In this document: piece after piece, positions 8,276 through 19,300 of the stretch | How positions within the stretch are numbered: the first letter of the stretch is position 1 | Layout: the number at the start of each line of letters is the position of its first letter | From: Candidatus Rokubacteria bacterium RIFCSPLOWO2_02_FULL_73_56 | Lineage (GTDB): Bacteria > Methylomirabilota > Methylomirabilia > Rokubacteriales > CSP1-6 | DNA length: 64,000 nucleotides | Reading direction: 5' to 3' | Assembly: GCA_001788495.1 (NCBI GenBank) | Contig: MGCF01000006.1 | Coordinates: 2,106-66,105, forward strand | Translations under genes and position numbers: made by a program | Notes under the pieces: model-generated | The model's database searches: none | What the model saw: the letters and a program-made list of their open reading frames with translations, nothing else | Told to the model about the DNA's origin: nothing

Positions 8276-9134
8276 AATAGGCGCTCTTGAGGAACACCAG
8301 CCTGCCACCCTCCATACGGTAGTCGATCCCGACATCGTACAGCATGTGGCTCAGACTCGGCCGGTTCCTTTCGACGAACGACACGATCGCTTCCGGATAC
8401 GCCAGCCGCCGCAGGAAGAAGAGGAACTGATCCACGTCAATCCCGACGAAGTAGACGGCATCGTTCCGCTTCTTGTTCGCCACCACGATCACCCGGCACT
8501 TCTGCAGCTCCGGCCACAGGATCTCCTCGATCGGCACCCGCGTGGCGTCCATGTACGCGGAACACCCGGCCTTGTCCTTGATCTCCGCGAGCTGCGAGCG
8601 CGCGTCGAAGAAGAAGTAGAAGTTCTCGAGGGCGGTCCCGCGCTTCGTCAGCGAGTAGCAGATGCCCCCGGAGACCGTGCTCCCGGGCGTCCCGACATAC
8701 ATGTGGATCTCGTCCAGGGAGGCCGTCCCCGTCAGCAGCGACGGGCCCACGTCGAGCGAGAACATGAAGTACGGCAGGCGCTCGTTGACCGGGACGTCGC
8801 AGCGCACCCGAGGCCGGAGCGCCTCGGCGACTCGCGTGATGGAGCGCGTGCGCTCTCGGCGCCGATAGTCGTAGAAGTAGAGCTCCCAGCGCAGCTCGCC
8901 CCCGATCCACTTGACTCCGAAGACCGTCTTCGACACGCCGATCGCCTGCCGGAGGAGCGGCACCAGGTCGAAGCATTCCTCTCCCACCCCCGCGACCTCG
9001 AACGACCGGAACAGCAGGTTCACCGATCGAAACTTGCCGCCCGGGGGCGCGACCGGCTCGTACTCCCACAGGCAGAAGTCCTGCAGCGTCTCCCCCTCCG
9101 CCGCGTACTCGAGGCGCTCGTCGAGCGTCTTCAT
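8262..9134 (-). CDS. Hypothetical protein, 290 aa, aromatic/Lys-rich and markedly lower GC than its surroundings; distant paralogue of the C-terminal domain of the upstream gene.
   Basis: 'MKTLDERLEYAAEGETLQDFCLWEYEPV...NFYFFFDARSQLAEIKDK...FVGIDVDQFLFFLRRLAYPEAIVSFVERNRPSLSHMLYDVGIDYRMEGGRLVFLKSAYYGVF' has real-protein composition. Its ATG overlaps the upstream gene's TGA (ATGA at 9131-9134). Local GC is roughly 58% against about 72% elsewhere. Confidence 0.65.
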   Translation of the reverse strand: MKTLDERLEYAAEGETLQDFCLWEYEPVAPPGGKFRSVNLLFRSFEVAGVGEECFDLVPLLRQAIGVSKTVFGVKWIGGELRWELYFYDYRRRERTRSITRVAEALRPRVRCDVPVNERLPYFMFSLDVGPSLLTGTASLDEIHMYVGTPGSTVSGGICYSLTKRGTALENFYFFFDARSQLAEIKDKAGCSAYMDATRVPIEEILWPELQKCRVIVVANKKRNDAVYFVGIDVDQFLFFLRRLAYPEAIVSFVERNRPSLSHMLYDVGIDYRMEGGRLVFLKSAYYGVF

Positions 9135-10252
9135 TGCGCGCCGAAGTAGATGGAGAGGAAGTCCTTGCCTTCCCGGTCGAAACCGCCCGTCACGTGCCCG
9201 AAGGGCGCCGCGCTCACCTGCGCGTACGCCGCCTCGAACCGGTCCGCGGAGATCGCGTAGTGCTCGCAGATCCTGAGGAACAGGGCGTGGAGATCGCGCA
9301 GCCGCAGTCGCGCGTTGTAGAGGTTGATGTCGAACGAGTTCCGCGGGTTCCCCTCCTCGGTGGTCTCCAGGTACAGGAATCGATCGGCGGCCACCCGGCC
9401 CGCGGCCTGCAGGACGATCTCGCGCGCGAGCGCGAGCGGGGTACCGGAGGGGCCGCCCGCGAAGGCGCGGGCCATCCGCTCCAGCATGTCGTCGGTGGAG
9501 AGCCCGGGATGGCACGTGTACCGCGCGACGGAGCACCGCCGGCTGTCGTCGGCATCCCACTTGAATCCCAGGTACATGAGGAGGGGATCCCGCCGGTTCT
9601 CCGCCTTGGCCCTGACCAGTCTCCCCCCGAATTCCAGATAGGCCTTGTAGCGCTGCGTCCGCTCGCTCTCCTCGAAGCCGAAGAAGACGATGTTGGCCTG
9701 GAAGATGTTCTCGCGGAACGCCGCCACGAAGCGCTCCGGCATCCGGAGGCGCTCGCAGATCGCCAGGAGGCGCCCGCCGGCGTCCTCGCTGAGCGAATCC
9801 CGCTTGAAGCCCCACAGGAACCGGTTCGCGAGCAGGGTCCGCTCGAACATCTTGAAGGAGCGCTCGAGCACCGGCTGGACTCCGAGGTCCTCGACGAGGC
9901 GAAGCAGCTCGGCGGCCTGCTCGGGGATGCCTTCGGTGAGCGACACGGGCGACTTCCGGCTGGAGAGCGGCGCCGCCGGCGGCAGCGGCTCGCCCCCGAG
10001 CGAGCCGTGCTCCCACTCGTAGTCCCGGACGGCGTGCGCCAGCATGGCCGCGAGCCGCTTCGCGGTGGAAGGGCTCAGGACGATCCGGTCGGACACCTCG
10101 AGCACGAGCTCGTCGGTGCCGGGCACCCGGCGCCCCTTGCTCCCGAAGGACAGGGTGACCTCCGAGCGATCGGCGGACAGCTCGAACACGTTCGCGTAGC
10201 TCGTGCTCGCATTCGAGCCTTCCCAGCGCACCGGGACCCGAGCCTCAGACAT
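9131..10252 (-). CDS. DUF3467-like N-terminal domain (copy 3) fused to an unknown about 260-aa domain.
   Basis: 'MSEARVPVRWEGSNASTSYANVFELSADRSEVTLSFGSKGRRVPGTDELVLEVSDRIVLSPSTAKRLAAMLAHAVRDYEWEHGS' is DUF3467-like. The C-terminal '...FDINLYNARLRLRDLHALFLRICEHYAISADRFEAAYAQVSAAPFGHVTGGFDREGKDFLSIYFGAQ' resembles the C-terminus of the 290-aa neighbour. GGAGGG RBS 7 nt upstream; 93 nt downstream of the giant gene stop. Confidence 0.65.
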   Translation of the reverse strand: MSEARVPVRWEGSNASTSYANVFELSADRSEVTLSFGSKGRRVPGTDELVLEVSDRIVLSPSTAKRLAAMLAHAVRDYEWEHGSLGGEPLPPAAPLSSRKSPVSLTEGIPEQAAELLRLVEDLGVQPVLERSFKMFERTLLANRFLWGFKRDSLSEDAGGRLLAICERLRMPERFVAAFRENIFQANIVFFGFEESERTQRYKAYLEFGGRLVRAKAENRRDPLLMYLGFKWDADDSRRCSVARYTCHPGLSTDDMLERMARAFAGGPSGTPLALAREIVLQAAGRVAADRFLYLETTEEGNPRNSFDINLYNARLRLRDLHALFLRICEHYAISADRFEAAYAQVSAAPFGHVTGGFDREGKDFLSIYFGAQ

Positions 10253-10345
10253 CGGGGCCCTCCGCGCCCGACGGGTCGGCGGGGCCGACGCCGCCGCGTC
10301 CGCTCCTACCCGCCTCCACCGCCGGGATCAGTCTCCCTCGACACG

Positions 10346-13300
10346 TCACGCTCCGCTGATCGCGGTCGCGGGGCTCGCCTCGACCAGCTCGATGTCCGGG
10401 GCCACGTCGATGCTCCAGTCCAGGAGGTGCGACTCCGCCGACTCCGGCCGACTCAGCTCACCGCGCCGCGCGGCCGTCGTCAGGCTGCTCCAGAGATCCC
10501 CCGCCGCGTCGCCGTCGAAGATCCGGAAGTCGCGCAGGGCCGCCAGGACCCCGCCGCCGCGCTGCTCGTCGCGCGTGCTCAGGCCCGCGAACGCCCCCGC
10601 CGACCAGTCGATCCCCGGCGCGGCCGGTGCGAGGCGCACCGGCCCACCGAGCGCGACCTCGACAGGCTGCGCGGAACCCGTGTCGTGCGCGACGAGCCGC
10701 TCGCCCTGCGTCAGCGTCGGCGACATCACGTCGGCCACGCCCTCGTGCGCGAATCCCATCACGTGTCCGAGCTCGTGCATGGCCACCGTCAGCAGGTCCA
10801 CGCCGCCACTGCCGCCGCCGACGATCCAGCCGTACCCTGCAGCGTCGGCGTCGAAGACGATCGAGCGGCCCACGGTGGTGGCGAGCACCGGCCCGTCGAG
10901 CTCCGCGACCGCGAACCGGAAGTCCGCCAGCGCCCCCAGCCGCGAATCCCCGTTGCCCAGCGTGTCGGTCCACTGGCGGATCGCCGTGTCGACCGCGCCG
11001 TCCAGCGTGCGGACGTCGAGCGTGCCGGTCGCCGCCGGTGCGGACGCGATGGCCGCCGCTTCCATGTTCTGGCCGCCCGACTGCGCGAAGGCGGGATCCG
11101 TCGTCTTGATCGTGACGTTGTCGAAGCTCGCCGCTCCGCCGGTCGCGAACACGCCGAATCCGCCGTCCACGACGACCGCGTTGAACGCGAAGCCGACGAC
11201 CGCCTGACCGTTCAGCGTCACGCTGACCGTCGACCCCTTCAGCGAGATGCCCAGCGTGTAGTCGGTGCCCGCGTTGATCGTCCGGGCCACCGACGCGTCG
11301 ATGACCCAGCCGTTCTTCGCCGTGTAGTGCCCGATCACGACCTTGTCCGCGGGCGCGTCGATCGCGACGAACTTGAAGTCGTCCCCCTCGTACCGGTCGA
11401 AGACGAAGCCCGCGCGGCCCTGCGTGTTGACGATCGAGGACAGCTCGAGCACCGACGATACCTGGAACCCGCCGACGCCGAGGTCGATCAGCTTCGCCGC
11501 GGTCCCGCCCGAGGGCGGCACGGCCACGTAACGGCCGCCGCTCACGGCCCACGTTCCGCTCGTCGCGCCCGTGAACAGGTCGGCGACGCCGTCGCCGAAG
11601 TCCTCGGTCGACTGGAACGTCGCGGCCGCCTGCACCACCTGCACCTGGACGTTGTCGAACGAGCCGCGCGAGTTGTCCGAGCCCACCCCGACGAGGCCCC
11701 AGTTCAGGCCGTACGACCAGCCGTCGATCACCCGCGGCGCGAACGTGTAGGTCAGCGAGTCCTTGTTGTTGACGATGATCGTGGCGTTGAGGCCGTTGAT
11801 CGACAGCATCATGTTGTAGTACGTGTCGGCCTTCGCCAGGAACGGCGTCTGCTTGTCCACGTGCCAGCCCGAGGCGTCCCGGTGGCCGGCCACCAGCTTG
11901 TTCGTGGAGATGTCGATGCCGGTGAACTTGAAGTCGGTCTTCGTGTTGTAGTCGAAGATCAGGTAGGCGTTCCCCTTCCAGCCTGCCGTCGGCTTCACCA
12001 CGTCGACCGACGCGAGCATCTCGAAGTAGGCGGGCAGCGCGTCGCCGACCTGGTACACGGCGACCGCGTCGCCGCCCAGCGACTGCGCCGACACCTGGAG
12101 CGCGCCGCCCGAGACCGTCCACGCCCCGGAGTCGGCGAAGAACGCCTGGGCCGTACCGTCGTTGAAGTTCGCCGACCGCAGCACGTCGCGCTTGCCGCCG
12201 GGAACGTTCCCCGGCTGCGGGTCCGTGGGCGCGCCGGTCTGGTCGTGCCACGCGAAGTCCTGCTGCCTGATGACGGCGAGCTCGCCCTCCGGCTCGCCGT
12301 TCCGCGTCGGGTCCGCGCCCGTGTCGGCGGCGCGCGTCGGGTCGGCGCCGTCGTTGGCCGACAGCTGGTAGAGGAATTCCGCGAGCTGCGGCTGCAGCGT
12401 GCGGCTCACCGTCGCCATGCCGAACGGCGCAAACGGCACGAGGTAGCTGTTGAACTCGCCGGCCCAGTCGATGAGCCGGTCGCCGCCCGTGTTGCCGATC
12501 AGGACGTCGCGGCCGGCTCCGCCGAAGGCGCGGTCCTCGTAGCTGGCGGCCGTGTCGGGCGCGTTGTTGAGCCCGCCCGCCGTGGTCAGCACGTCGTCGG
12601 CGTTGAGCAGGTCGTTGCCCCAGCCGCCGTAGAGGTCGTCGCGACCCGTGCCGCCGACGAGCCAGTCGTTGCCCGTGTCGCCGAAGAGCGCGTCGTTGCC
12701 GTCGGAGAAGATCCCCGTCGCGACCTCCGCGCCCTCGGTGCTCACGAAGTTGAGGAAGAACTCCTTGCCCGCGCCCGTCTTCGACAGCTCGCCCACGTCC
12801 GTCAGCAGGATCTTCCGCAGCGGATCGTACTCGTCGTACAGCGCGAACTCGCCCGCGCGCCGCGTCCGGTCGACGTGCCAGCCGTCCGGGTCGTCCGGGT
12901 TGAAGCGGAGGATGTCGCCGTCCGCGAGGTTGAGCGGATGCCCGTAGTCGGTGCGGATGACGCCGATGAGCAGGTCGGTGGCGTCGTACAGCTGCGCGTA
13001 GGACTCGACCGGTGCCTCGGCGCCGGAGATCGCGTCGTCCCCCGAGCCGCCGTGGAGCGTGTCGTTGCCGACACCGCCGTAGATGATGTCGTCCGACTTG
13101 TGCGCGACCGTCGCGGAGCCGCCGAACTCGTCCTGGGTGCCGTTGAAGGTCACGTCCACGCTGAACGGCGTGAGGTCGGCCGTCTTCTTCAGCTGGCCGC
13201 TCACGTTGATGGTCGCCGACTGCACGTTGCCCGGCGTCGTGATGAGCAGGTCGAGCTGGCCGGCGAGGCTGCCGATCCCGTACAGCGGCTCCGCCGTGCC

Positions 13301-16300
13301 GTTCCGGCTCGTGAAGAGCCGGCCGTCGTCGCCGAGGACGCCGTCGTCGCCGGCGCCGCCCGAGATCCAGTCGTTGCCGTAGCCGGCCACGAGGTCGTCG
13401 TCCTGCCCCTCGCCGAAGAGCACGTCGTTGCCCTTCATGCCGTAGACGACGTCGTCGCCGCCCTCGCCGTGCAGCTCGTCCGCCGCGCCGATGTCGGTCG
13501 CCGCCTGCGCCGCCGTCGGCGCGTAGTCGAGACCGCCCGGGGTGTAGTCGACGAGCTGGACGCCGCGCACGACGATCTTCGCCTGCGGCACCGCCGGCGG
13601 GTCGTTCGTGTAGGTGTCGTAGTTGAAGGCCAGGAAGCCGCCGAACATCTCCACGCCGCCGCCGCCGCCCGGCGCGTCGTTGACGCCGAGCAGCCGATAG
13701 ATGTTGCCGTTGTCGCCGAGGATCACGTCGGCGTCGGTCGCGTGGCCCTGCGGCGTCAGGTTGCCCGCGTCGTTGCGTGCGACCGCGGTCCCGGAGCCGC
13801 CGAAGACGAGGTCCGAGCCGTCCGGCCGTTGGTTCGGCGTCTCCAGGCTGAACAGCGTCGAGCTGCCGCCGATGATGTCGTCCTGGCCCTGGTTGCCCAG
13901 GATGACGTCGTTCCCGCCGTTGCCCTCGACGTAGTCGTCGCCGTCGGTGGCCGCGTCGAAGGACGGGTTCAGGACGAGGGCGTTGCCCGCGTCCCGGGAG
14001 GCGCCGACGCGCGAACCGTTGCTCACGAAGTCGATCGAGCCGTCGCCCTGGATCACGTCGTCGCCGAGCTCGCCGAAGACCGTGTCGTCGCCGCCGCCGC
14101 CGGCGATGTAGTCGTTGCCGTAGAGGACGGCCGGCGTGCCGTTGGCGTGGTCCAGGAGCGTGATCTGGAAGTCGGCCCAGGCCGCGCTCCCACGCGGGTC
14201 CGCGTACTGGCTGGCCGAATTGATCAGGAGCTGGCCGGCCGTGGCCGCGGCGGTGCTGTAGACCTGCGTGCCGCTCAGCACCCGGAACCGCGGATTGGTG
14301 AAGTCGCCGAGCGTCAGCGACCGGTCGAGCGACACGTTGTCACCGAAGATCAGGTCCTTGTCCAGGCCGCCGTCGATGGCGTCGCTCCCGGTATTGCCGA
14401 TGAGGATGTCGTCGCCGGCGTTTCCGTACATCGTGTCGTCGGCGCCGTCGCTGTTGCTCTTGCTCTCCACCTGGATCACCCCGGCCGTCGACAGCAGCGT
14501 CTCCGCGATCGTCTGCGTGACGAGGCCGAAGTCGCCGAACTCGATGTCGGCGCCGCCGTCGCCGAAGAGCGTGTCCTGGCCGGGCGTCAGCGTGTCGTGC
14601 GTGTCCGGCGGGAACCCGGGAATGGGCGCCGACACGGCGAACACCGTGACCAGCTCGCGGTCGTAGAGCGTGCGGTCGATGACACCGCTGTCCTGGTTCG
14701 GCTCGGGGATGCTGACGGTCGTCTTGTGGACGTTGAACCCGTCGTCGCCGTAGATGATGTCGTCGCCGTCCTGGCCGTGGATCGTGTCGTGGCCCGAGCC
14801 GCCGGCCAGGTGGTCGCCCGCCTGGCTGCCCCAGATCGTGTCGTCGCCGCGCCCGCCGAAGATCGTGACGCTCTGGGTGGCGTTGCGCGCGTCGATCACG
14901 TCGTCGCCGGGGTTGTTGAAGGCGATCGCGTGCACCGACGCCACGCCCGACGTGCCGACGTACCGGCTACCGTCCTGCGAGGTGTCGCCGAAGACGACCA
15001 GCGGCGAACCCGCACCGCCGCCGCCGTTGATGGTGATGGTGTCGCTGCCGCCGCCGCCGTGCACGAGGGTGAGCGGGCCGCGGGTGCCGTCGGGCGCGGC
15101 CATCGTGCCGTCGATCGTCAGGCTGTCGTCGCCGCGGCCGAGCATGACCTCGAGCGTCTCGACCATCGTGTAGTTGATGCCCTTGGCGAAGTCGTGCGGC
15201 GTCCCGTCCTCGCCGACGAAGTGCAGGTCGGGGCCCATCCCGTTCATGAACAGGTTGCTGCCCGTCAGCGTGCCGACGTCGTTCGCGCCGCTGCCGTCGT
15301 TGAAGATGTTCAGCGTGTCGACCGAGCCCGTGTCGTCCGTGGTGATGACCTCGCCGACCGGGCCCGGATCGGTCTCGGTCGGCAAGATCACCGCCCGCCT
15401 GATCGAGCGGTCTTCTGGCCCGACGCTGCCGTCGATGGTGAGCGCTCCCTGGATCGCCGTGCTCGCCACGTGCGGCTGCACCGGGAAGAATTTCAGCGGC
15501 TGGATCTCGTCCGTCGGCGGGGCCTGCGGATTCGCCGTGACCCTGACGACGAACGGCGTGAACCAGTTGGTCGCGTCGAAGGTCACCGTGGCCGGGGTGA
15601 CGACCAGGCCGTCCGCGTCGAGGACGGCCGGGGTGAAGACCGGGCCGCCCGGCGGCACGACCACCGCCGAGTCGACCAGCGTCTGGTCGTCCGTCAGGAG
15701 GGCGATCGTCACCGCCGCCGCCGGCGCGTGCGTCAGCCGCAGGCTGTACGTGTCGCCGGTCGGGTCGCCCTTCACCACCAGCGTCGATCCGTCGGTCTCC
15801 CGCACGTAGACGCCGGCTCCATCCGTGTCGATGAGCTTGACGTTCAGCTTCGGAGCCGGCTTCGTCGCGAAGAAGCTTGTGTAGCTCGCGTCGGTGCCGC
15901 CCACCGCATGGCTGATCTGCGCCGTCACGGGATTCTGGACGACGAAGTCCTGGGCGGCCGCCACGTCCACGGTCGCAGCCACGTCCCAGTTGGACTCGTC
16001 GAACGTGAACGTCTGTGTCCCGGCGTTGTATCGCGGGTCGAGGCTCGAGAGCGCCAACCGCGCGTCGCTCGGACTCAGCGTCACCGTCACGGTCTGGCCC
16101 GCCGCCGGCGCCTTCGCGAGCTCCAGCGTGTAGCTGTCGGTGAGGCCGTGCGTGCCGGCCGCAGCGTCCTCCTCGAGCACCACCGTGTCCAGGTCGGTAT
16201 GCGTGAGGCGCAGCCCGGGCTGGTCGTCGTCGAGGACCCGCACCTTCACGTTGCGGATGGCCACGTGGTTGAAGTCGTCGTCCAGGCTACGGCTGCTCAT

Positions 16301-19300
16301 GCTCACGATGACCAGCCCGTCGCCTTCGCGAGCGACATCGTCGATGGCCTTGACCGTCACCGTCTTCTTGGTGCCCGCCGGCGTGCCCGCGGCGAACGTG
16401 AGCACGGCCGCGGGCTGGAAGGTGGCTCCCCCGTCGATCGACACCAGGAGCGTGGCGGCGCCGAGCGCCCCCGCCTCGGACGGGGAGCCGGCCGCCGACA
16501 CGGTGATGTACACGTCGTCCGTGGGCGCGGCCGCGAGGCTCACGTCGTAGGAGTCTTCCGTCGCGCCCGCCTCGCCCACCGTCGTCGCGCCGCCGCTCTC
16601 CTCGATCACGATCTGCCCCGAGGCCGGGGTCGCCACGTGCAGGTCCACGCCCTCCGCGGGCAGGTTGTCGTATGCCGGGTCGGTCGAGGTCACCTGGTGG
16701 TTGATGACCGCGCTGATGCCCTCCAGGTCACGGCTGACGATCGGCAGCGTCACGTCGCCGCCCACGTTGAACGTGTCCCAGCCGATGCCGCCGACCACGT
16801 TCACCGCCACATCCGCCGGCGTGCTGAGGACGAAGAAGTTGTCGTTCCCCTCCAGCCCGTCGACGGTGATGGACTGGACGTTCTCGAACGTGATGTGCAG
16901 CCCGGCCCCGAAGATGCCCTCCTCGGAGATCGCGAAGTTGTCGCTGAACTCGGTGCCGAGGACGACGATGCGGTTGAAGCCGGTGCCGCCGTCGATGTCC
17001 ACCGGCGCGTTGACGGTGTACTGGATGAGGTCGTTGCCGTCGCCGCCCAGCGCGGCCGCCTGCGCCGCCGTCGACAGGTCCTTCAAGACCTCGCCCGTGA
17101 GCGGGTCGGCCAGCGCGAAGGCGCGGATGATGAACGTGTCGTCGCCCGCGTTACCCTCGAGGCGCAGCTCCGCCTGGTTCGCGTACACCTGCATCGTATC
17201 GTTGCCCGAGCCGCCGTAGACCACCATGGGGAAGGTGACCCCGCGGCTCAGCCAGCCCTTGGTCGTGTAGATGGTCGCGATCTCGTCCCCCGGCGCCACG
17301 GCCGGCGGGATCCGCTCGGCGCCGAAGACCTGGCCGACCTGGAAGAAGTCGTCCCCGGCCCCGCCGTCGAGCGTCGTGATGCTGCTGTTGTCGTCGCTGT
17401 AGAACGCGTCGGCGCCGGTGTAGCCGTTGACGATCAGCCGTCCGTTGACGTTCTCGTCGTAGTTGATCCGCTCGACGCCGGCCAGCAGGTGCTGCGGGTC
17501 CGGCTCCGGCAGGTGGGCCGGATCCGGCGTCAGGTACGCCACGAAGTTCCGCCGGACCAGGAACAGGTCCTCGCCGTCCGGGTTGTTCGAGTCGCCGACC
17601 TCGGTGCCGTTGATGGTCAGCGTGTCGGCGCCGTCGTCCGGGGCGCCCGTGTCGAACACGTTGATGACGTAGTCGGTCGCGGTGGCGTCGGCCCGGACGT
17701 TGACCACGACGTCGTCCGTGTCGCCCTGGCCGTCGATGTCCAGGGTCGAGGCCCGCGTGTGCAGCTCGTTCACCGTGACGAGGTCGTGCCCGGCGCCGCC
17801 GAAGACCTCCACGTGGCCCGTCAGCGCGTGCGTCGGGAAGCCCGGGTCCGCGGGCCCGTGGTTCTCGTAGTCGAAGGTGATCGCGTCGTCGCCGTCCTCG
17901 CCGTAGTACCGGATCTCGGGCGCGGTGACCGTCCCCTTCGTCAGGATCGTGTCGCCCCCGCCCCCGCCGTGGACCTCCACGAAGCTCGCCGCGGTGACGT
18001 GGGCGTCGTCGACGAGGATCGTGTCCGCGTCGCTGTTGCCGGAGATCACGAGGTCGCCGGTCTGGATCGTGCCGTCGACGTCGATCGTGCTGCCGAGGCC
18101 CGGGTCGCTGTTGCCGAAGTCGCCGTCGATGATGACGTGCCCGCCCGCGCCGGTGACGAGCGAGGCGCCGCCCTCCAGGTGAAAGTCGTCGCCCGCGTGC
18201 AGCGTGATCGTGCCGTTGACGAGCACTGCCCCGGTCGCGTCCGCGTCCGGGCTGCCGAAGTCGTAGACCGCGGTCTTGAGGAAGAATCCGCTGCGGACGA
18301 CCAGGTGGTCGTCAGCGCTGTCGTCCGTCGCGATGTAGGTGATGTTGAGCGCGACGACGTTCTCGGTGATGTCGATCGGGCTGTCGGCGGTGACGGTGAT
18401 GTCGCCGCCCGCGGCCATGCCGGGGTCACCGCTGTCGACGACGCCGCCCTCGGTCAGGTCGCCCGTGTTCACGATCCACGTGCTGCCGAGGATCGCCTTG
18501 CCCTCGAGGAAGCCGATCTCCGTGTTCAGCGGGTTGCCGGCCGCGCCGATGTCGTCGCGCGCCACCAGGTACGCCTTGCCGGAGACCACGTTCTGCGGGC
18601 TGACGTTGCTGTTCAGGATGCTGCCCGTCGGTGCCGTGAGGAAGGCGGTGAACGCCGGGCCCGTGCCCGCGGTGTTCAGGTACAGGTCGCCGAGCACCTC
18701 GATGATGTAGGTGTTGGCGAGGTTGCTGTACGAGGTCAGCACGCCGGCGCCGTTCAAGCGGCTGTTGATGTCCACGTCGTTGCCGGACACGCCGATGCCG
18801 AGGAACGCCGTGAGCGTGATGCTGTTGCCGATGATCTCCGCGGCCGGCGTGTTCATTGCGTCGAAGATCGAGCCGGTGAACGCGTCGAGGTCCACGTTGC
18901 CGCTGTTCGACTGGACGTGCTCGACGTTCATGTCGCCGAACGTCTCGGAGACGAAGATGTCATCGTCCGCGTCCGCCACGAGGGTGCCGGTGCCGTTCAC
19001 GTCGACGTCGAGATAGTCGCCCGGCTCGCCGATCCCGCCGTTGTGCGCGGTCAGCACGACGTGGTTGGCGTTGATCTTCGTGAAGTCCGTGTCCAGCGCG
19101 TCGAGGATCGAGCCGTCGAGCGCCGTCAGGTGCACACCTTCCACACCGCTCTGCGAGAACATGAACTCCACGTTCATGTCGTCGTTCTGCTCGACGAGGT
19201 AGATCGCGCCGAGCGCGCGCGCCGTGATCGTGGCGCTCGCGCCGAGGTCGGTCTTGACCGGGGTCACCGCCGTCCCGATCGAGCCGTTGGCCGCTTCGAG

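Noticed and set aside
5577-10252. DUF3467-like proteins as RiPP precursor peptides
   Set aside because: Considered because of the adjacent rSAM, PqqD-like and M50 genes, but the regions following the conserved domain are short, variable and not Cys/Ser/Thr-rich cores, and two copies are fused to large domains. I favour an adaptor/chaperone role, and keep the precursor idea only as a minor alternative.
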